This document shows, in pieces, positions 57,499 through 64,000 of a DNA stretch of 64,000 nt (the first letter of the stretch is position 1; every line of letters begins with the position of its first letter). The DNA lies in the NCBI RefSeq assembly GCF_025526975.1, contig NW_026515673.1, positions 1-64,000 on the forward strand, given 5' to 3'. The notes below the pieces were generated by a model that made no database searches, was not told the DNA's origin, and was given only the letters and a program-made list of their open reading frames with translations. The translations under genes and the position numbers were made by a program. The DNA is from Fimicolochytrium jonesii (Eukaryota).

Positions 57499-59613
57499 TA
57501 GAGGTGATCCATCGATGCGCGAATCAAATCTGAGATGATTGAGACGGGACTTGCCGCCGCTTGGGTCGTCAGCGCCTTCTCTGCGTACTGACCAGTCGGC
57601 TCATCAGATAGCCGGTTGAGCGGGATTGTCACAGCGAGCGCTATATGCTGGTGCGACCACCATGGATCCGCAGGAATCACGACATCAGCGTTGAAGCATG
57701 GGCCATAGATGCGTAAACTACATATGTATATATGTGCCCCAAGTAATCAAAGCCGGTGTCTCCAAGTTCACAAAGAGAGGACTGCGCGTCAGTCGGTGAA
57801 CACGAACTTGTCAGTAGCTTGGGGAAAATCGCCGGGGGTGGCATCCCATATGTAGGATTCACGCCCGTGTTCCATCGAACAGTTCCCGACGTCCCACGGG
57901 TACTTTGATTCTAATTCAAGAGGAAGAGGAAGAGATCGAAGATGTGGTTTCGATTAGTTTCAGAGGCCGGTCATGGACGCAAAAAGTTTGCTTCGAAGCA
58001 GACTGTTTTATGCGCACGTAGGGCCCACGGCACGAAACTTCTTCAAATATGTGCAGAATCGCCGAATCAAATCCTTCTCTATATATTCGGGACAGTCCCG
58101 ATTTGCTTTGCAGAACTTGCCAGGACAGTCATGATGATTTGATGCATTGGCACGTCGTCTGCCGGGAAGGGGATCGACCGAAACATGAAAGTTACGACAG
58201 AGACCAGCTGGCAGGAACGTGCCAGCGCGCTCCACGCGTTTAGACAGTGTCGGACACGAAAGCGAGGGTCCGACCACCTCGCGCACATGGGACCCTGGTC
58301 CTACCATTCCCGGTGTCAAGAGAGGGAAGGTGCCGATTTGGACTTGGAGGAGCCCGCATACAAGCAAGCTCCTTGACCCGCTCGCCCGCATGCCCCAACG
58401 TTCCGAACGGTGTGAAGAACCCCAATCACCCCGGAGCCAAAAACGCGTCCGTGACTGCTCCCGTCATCCCGCCCACAAGTTCCGAAAATGTTCTCGCACA
58501 TATACCCCCGCTCCTCGATGGTCATCCTTCTCCTTGCTCCTGCCTCCGAAAAGGGGAGTGGCATGCCTCAGGCTGCTTTGGCCACCCCAAAACGCGTTCG
58601 TGACGCCCCTCCACTTACGTAAGCGAGTTCGGACGTCCAACGAGTCCGAAACTCTCTCGGACTGCACATATACCCCCTCCTGCTCCTGTCCACCTCCATG
58701 GTGATATCTTCCCCCTTGACGAGAATATTTGCTCGCCTTCGCAAAACAGGGTTCTATGGCTGCAAAGCAGACAGAGCTCTACGCTCGTCGCATGGCGTCC
58801 CGTACGAGGGAAAATGGCAGGGCTCGTATGACCAGCGGCCGCAACGCGTGCCGTATCTGTCTTCTTCACTTGCCGTTCCCTTCGTTCCCTTCTTACTGCC
58901 TCCACCACTTCAAAGACCATTTCACAGACATCTTCCCCATCGGTGAGAATTTTTTTCTTTGACCAGCTGGGGATACATGCGACCATCTCACGCTTCAACA
59001 GGTAATGCTGTGAGTGCCTTCTGCCTGCGGCTGATGAGTTGCAATCCCTAGCCCCCTCCTGACATTCCTCTAAGGCAGAGACTTTCCACTGGCTTCCAGG
59101 CAACGTGCACTAGTAAGGATATTGGTAGCCATAGCAATCGCCCCGCCTAGGACGGCTACCAAGGTATAGAGTCGGACAAGTGCACTGCAGAGTGCCAGAC
59201 GGATCATGGTTGGGCACGTCACGTCTCCCGACCCATCTTAACAAGCGCTCCCGCGTGCCCTGCATGCTTCAACTGTCCGCTCCGCCAAATTGGCCGAGAC
59301 CCAAAAACGCGTCCGTGACGCGTTTCGAGTCAGCAACGTTCCATGCCTTCGGACATCCAAAAAATGTCCAAAAACGTCCACGTCAATTCGGCTACCATTC
59401 ACCTGTCTGGAATCGGCGCTCACGCGCTCACGAACGGTTTCCCGGGAATGGCCCGGGGTCGGTGGCGGCGTGGGTGCAGTTGAAATTGTAGGGGTCCAGG
59501 ACGCGGAGCCTCACCCCGTCCACCTACCGTACCTTCCGCTCAGTTGCATTGTGATGATCGGGGGATGTTCCCCGTTAAATGAGACCCGACCGAAGTCTTC
59601 AAATCTGTGTATG

Positions 59614-59969
59614 TACAGTCAGTGTCCATAAAGCTCCGACCCCCCCCAAGATTAAGTCAGAGTCGGCACGTCTCACGTGACGGGCCCCCAGAGCAAACAG
59701 CCCTAAGCCGTTGCCAAGATTGCGGAGCCTCCAACAAACACCCCAGCACTCGATGATGGCAGGGGTCTAGAGTAGGGCTCTAATCCCCGTACTAAGGATG
59801 ATGGGCTGCCGCCGTCCTTGTTGCCGTCATTTGCCGGTGTCGCTGGCTGTCTGGTTGGCTGTTAGCTCTGCCTTTCGCTGGGAAACGCGCGACTCGCTTT
59901 GTGAAACGGTCATTGAAATCAGTTGAAATCAATTATAGGGGGGTCGGAGCTTTATGGACACTGGCTGTA
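59614..59969. mobile_element. MITE (Tc1/mariner-type), ~30-bp TIRs with 1 mismatch, TA duplication
   Basis: TA|CAGTCAGTGTCCATAAAGCTCCGACCCCCC ... GGGGGGTCGGAGCTTTATGGACACTGGCTG|TA. Confidence 0.87.
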
Positions 59970-60466
59970 TGTACATGCCTCACGCGTTTACTACTGTCTG
60001 AGCCGCCTCGTGATTTTTTTTCCAAAAGAAAGAAACACGAAAACGCGTTCGTGACGCGTCGGTCGTCTTTCACGCGGTTTCTTGTTCATCATTGATTTTT
60101 CGTCGACAATTACAGTTATCGGACATGCATGCGGAACCCCTACGGATATCTTATCCATCTCGTCCATGTTTCGTGTGCAGGTTCATAAGTGTAGGGGGTT
60201 AAGCAGGGGGTTTGCGTACGGCTCCAGATATTCCTATTGGCATATGTTGTGAAGATGAAACATGATTCAGATGCTCTATCTCTAGATATCTACATGGCTA
60301 TGTACTGTGCACGTGCATGTATGTAGGAATGTATGTGCAAAAAACATATTGTGAGATACGCCGCGATGCAAGAGATGTCCTGAGGCAACGTACGCCAAAT
60401 TGACAAAAACCGTCCGAGAGTAGCAGAATGAGAGTCCCCCCAACGTCTCCCAGAACGCGCCGCGAA

Positions 60467-63400
60467 TCAAGCATCAATAAACACCTTGGCATAATCCGCC
60501 ACCTGTCCGTTCTCATCGACCACCACATACCCATTCCACTTGTTCCCCACCAGCGTATGTCCGGGGGGTAATCTCCGTCCATCCGGTCCCACCCCGCCAC
60601 CTTGCTGTCCCCCACTCGCAGTCGCATTTGCATCAAGCCCGACTTTGGCCCCCTTTGTCTTTTTGAGCGTCGATGTGGAGAACGGGTTGATGTGCGCGAT
60701 GAGACGGAAGAGCTGGTAGAGCACGACGCCGATGATGCGGATACCCGAGAGGCCCGCCGTGAAGAAGAGGAGGCCGACGATGTATTTGTCTGATAGGTCG
60801 CCTTTTGTTTGGGTTATGGCTGCGAAGGCGCCGACGTTTGAGATGAGCCAGCAGAGGAGGACTGGGGCGGAGAATTGGATGGAATGTGTGAGGAAAAATA
60901 GAAACAAGCAGGTTGTAGCGGTTGGGTGAAGAGCCAGAAAACTTACGATTCGTCCTAAAACTCTTATACGCGTCCTCCTGCGCCAGTCTCGGGTCGACTT
61001 TCGCCTTCTCAGCCTTGGTGTTGTGGATGCGCTGAATGTCTTCAATCCCTTTTTGCCAGAGACATTCCAGGTCCTGGCGCTCCATGACGTGGATATCGGC
61101 CGTGACGCCGCCTTCGGCTGATTGCACGACTTTGACGGCGGGCAGGTCGACTTTGACGTTGTCGCCTTTTGTTCCCCATGAGACGTCGTGTACTGTTTGG
61201 AGTAAAAAAAGATAAATACTCCAGCTAGGACGAGGGGTTGCCAACGGAAACAGAGCCACCGCTGTAAAACGCCACTTACGATTACAAAACGCATAAATCT
61301 GCAACACGTTAATGAAACTAGGCAGCATCATGATATACTGCACCGAGCACGTAAGCAGATGCAGCGCATCCCCATGCATCAGACTCCCGATCAAATACGT
61401 CCCCCACGTCGCGCCAATCCCCACCACATACGACGTCGGGCTCCCAATCTCATCAATGCGGCCCCACCCTTTGTTATCCTTCCCCAGACTCGCAATCTTG
61501 GCGCCGAGCAGGCCCAGCATTGCGAGACCGATGAAGGCGAAGAAGACCATGGAGGCTTTGTAGAGGGTCTTTGATGCCTGGGGGCGGTTGCCGAGGGAGG
61601 CGATGAAGAGGAGTGTGCAGAGACTGGGGTAGGTGAGGAAGAGGCCCGTGCCCACGCCCTGGGGGATGCCGATGCCTTTCAGAGCTTCGGAGGTGAAGAG
61701 GAAGTAGAAGATCTGTGTTGAGGAATGGGTGGTTAGGAGAGCGGCAACGGAAATGGGAGGCTCGTTTAGTGGAACTTACGATGGCGAATTGAGCGGGCCC
61801 GAACCAGCTGAACAGTAAACTGACTAGGGAATAGACAGCTTGGATAATGAAAACCAGCTTCCTCATGGGCGAGTGCCTTGTTTTCATCATCCTCCCGACA
61901 TTTGATAGTGCGTACACCTGCGCCGAAATGAATACGAGTAAATCGTTCAGGATAGCAAGCCCCCATAGTGGTAAGTAGGTTAAACCCACCTGAGCAAAGA
62001 AACTGCCATTCAACCATCGCCTCCGCTGACTGATAAACTCCGGCACAGAGTCCGGCACGTCCGTTTCGGCAGCACTCGACGCTACATACTTCAAGGTATA
62101 CTGACATTGCGGCTTGACACACAACTCCAACGCCAAAATTCGGTCCTCGGCAAGGTATAAATTGGCCGCGAAAATCTCCGTCCCCGACGTCGTCTCCGGT
62201 CTCACTTCTCCTTTGAAGTACGACGCTAACGGACCGCGATTGGGCATATTATCCAACAGCGCTGTATATCGGTATGCGGAGAAGGCACCGGGGAGCACGC
62301 CGATGTATCCGAATACAGATTCAAGGGACTTGTCGAGGTTGTTCGACACTTTGTACTCGAAGTTTTGGGCTGCGACTAGTGGGTTGAAGTAGCTGGTAGC
62401 TGACATTTGGCAACGGATTTCGCCGCATGCTCCCGCGCAGTTCGGATCTCGCTCGAATGCCTTCCATAGCTTGTAGATACTGTTGGGTAGAGGGCGGGTT
62501 CCGACATCAAGAAGCAGACAGATCTTTGGCTTCAGGAGCGGGCAGATCGCGTTGAAGAAGTAGCGATGGGAGTTGATCTTTTTCAGATTCTGTTCTTTTA
62601 GCACGAAAATCGTCTGGACAGGGGGTATTCCATTTTGCGTGCTCCAGAAGTGTAAATCGGGGTCCAAGACGATTTGCGATGTCGATTCGTAGATGTGCGC
62701 GGTCGTAGGCTTTTTGTTCACGGACTGCTGCTCCAGACCAGGCACGTAGATCCCCATCGTCTGAAGCGCCAACAAGAAACTCGGGTCGCATTTCTTACGT
62801 CCGTCGGAAACAATGACAACGACAATCTTCTTCCACCCATCGACATCCCATCCGTACTTCCGCTTCTGACAGAAATGCTGGATGTTCTGAAACACACCGA
62901 AAAGGGTTCTGTTGATCTCGGCAATCGTCTCATTGTAGCTGGTGATGACGATGGCGATCTCCGTATCGCGGTGGTATTCTTGCGCGGTGCGCAGAGTGTA
63001 GCCGTTGTTCACAAAGTCGTCTGGGTCACAGGTAGCGGCGGTATATTTGATCGTTTCGAATTCAGATCCCTTGTTGTATGCGACTCTGGCCAGTAGAGAC
63101 TCTGCGTGGTGTTCCGTAATCGTGAAATTTCCGCTAGAAGGCAACTTCACGGTCTTGCGTTTCCTCACGGTCCCTACGCCTCGGGATAGGCCCCCACTCG
63201 ACGCTGGGAATGAGTATTCCTCCTCACCCGGCACAACGAGCGTGTTGTTTGAGTCCATCGACGTCATCTCCAATGGGGGCGATAGTGGCGCTAATGGCCC
63301 GTTCTTCAAGCGGTTTGCAGCCCTGACCGCTTCTCCGGCGAATGTGACGCCGCGTGCGGCTTTCTTCGGTGATCGGATGACCTCATTGATGTCTCCTTCG

Positions 63401-63930
63401 TCGTTGTTGGATGGGGTCACAAAGAGACGCGGTGAGGGTTGCATCGAGGATGTGCCATATCTCTTTGCGGAGTTCTCCCCAAAGGAAGAGCCGTCGGCAG
63501 CCGAAGCTATGGATTGATCGAACGGAGTTTGGGGAAATTGAGCAGCCGGGAAGTGCACGGCTTGTGGGGGTTGATATGGCGCGGTGACCGATGTGCCACG
63601 CGGTGGCACTGCTGGGCTCGTATTTGCATGAGCAGAGTAGTCCGAGTTGGAGGGGCTCGGCGGGAATGGCACCCTGACTCTAGGGGGCGGTCTAACTCCT
63701 GCTTCCGGCTGAGGTTGCGACTGTTGACCATACGCCCCGGTCTGTGATGGCGCCCGTTGGTGTTGTGCTCTACCATATACGCTGTCACTGCGAGTCTGCG
63801 ACGGCGCCCGGCGGTGTTGTGCCCTATTATCGTCACTTCCAAAACCGGCCGCTGACGGTTGCACGTTACTATGGGTTGACCTCGACGATGCCTGCTCACC
63901 GGCCCAGGGGTTATGAGCTGAAGACGACAT
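60467..63930 (-). CDS. Chitin synthase (GT2, division 1, class I/II-like), multi-exon
   Basis: YTAATCDPDDF, ITSYNE, VSDGR, KKINSHR, LLDVGT, QNFEYK, VLPGAFSAYR, YLAEDRIL, QRRRWLNGS, HDVSWGTKG. Confidence 0.95.
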
Positions 63931-64000
63931 TTTGCCGGTGGCGGAGGTGGCAGATTCCTTGAGGCGAGACAACCGTTGGAAAAGAGAAGGGCTTCCCGTG

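Overview
Intron-rich, GC-rich fungal genomic DNA. The gene content suggests an early-diverging, probably chytrid, fungus (inference only). The 3-16 kb block looks accessory: an MFS permease, a degenerate Prm10/ThrE-type exporter, a frameshifted nicotianamine synthase, an intronless gene resembling giant-virus hypothetical proteins and a secreted bacterial-type GH13 amylopullulanase. The 19-44 kb block is mostly housekeeping: PP2C, a cNMP-binding/F-box/LRR protein, acetoacetyl-CoA synthetase, a class I heme peroxidase, a CBM21 protein, an Egh16/DUF3129 protein, UBL-BAG and a HELLS/DDM1-type remodeller. PMP3, a TRIC-like membrane protein and a chitin synthase close the window. The most notable region is ~45.4-54.6 kb. 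It holds a spliced tyrosine recombinase resembling DUF3435 (Starship captain-like) with C-terminal zinc fingers, followed by zinc-finger/HNH and homeodomain cargo. Directly upstream of the recombinase is a 166-bp TATA-containing segment bounded by perfect 14-bp inverted repeats. A second copy of this segment 7.5 kb away is reversed relative to the same flank, suggesting a recombinase-linked invertible switch. Three TA-flanked MITE-like elements and several hairpins are also present. All family assignments come from motif recognition by eye; no searches were run.
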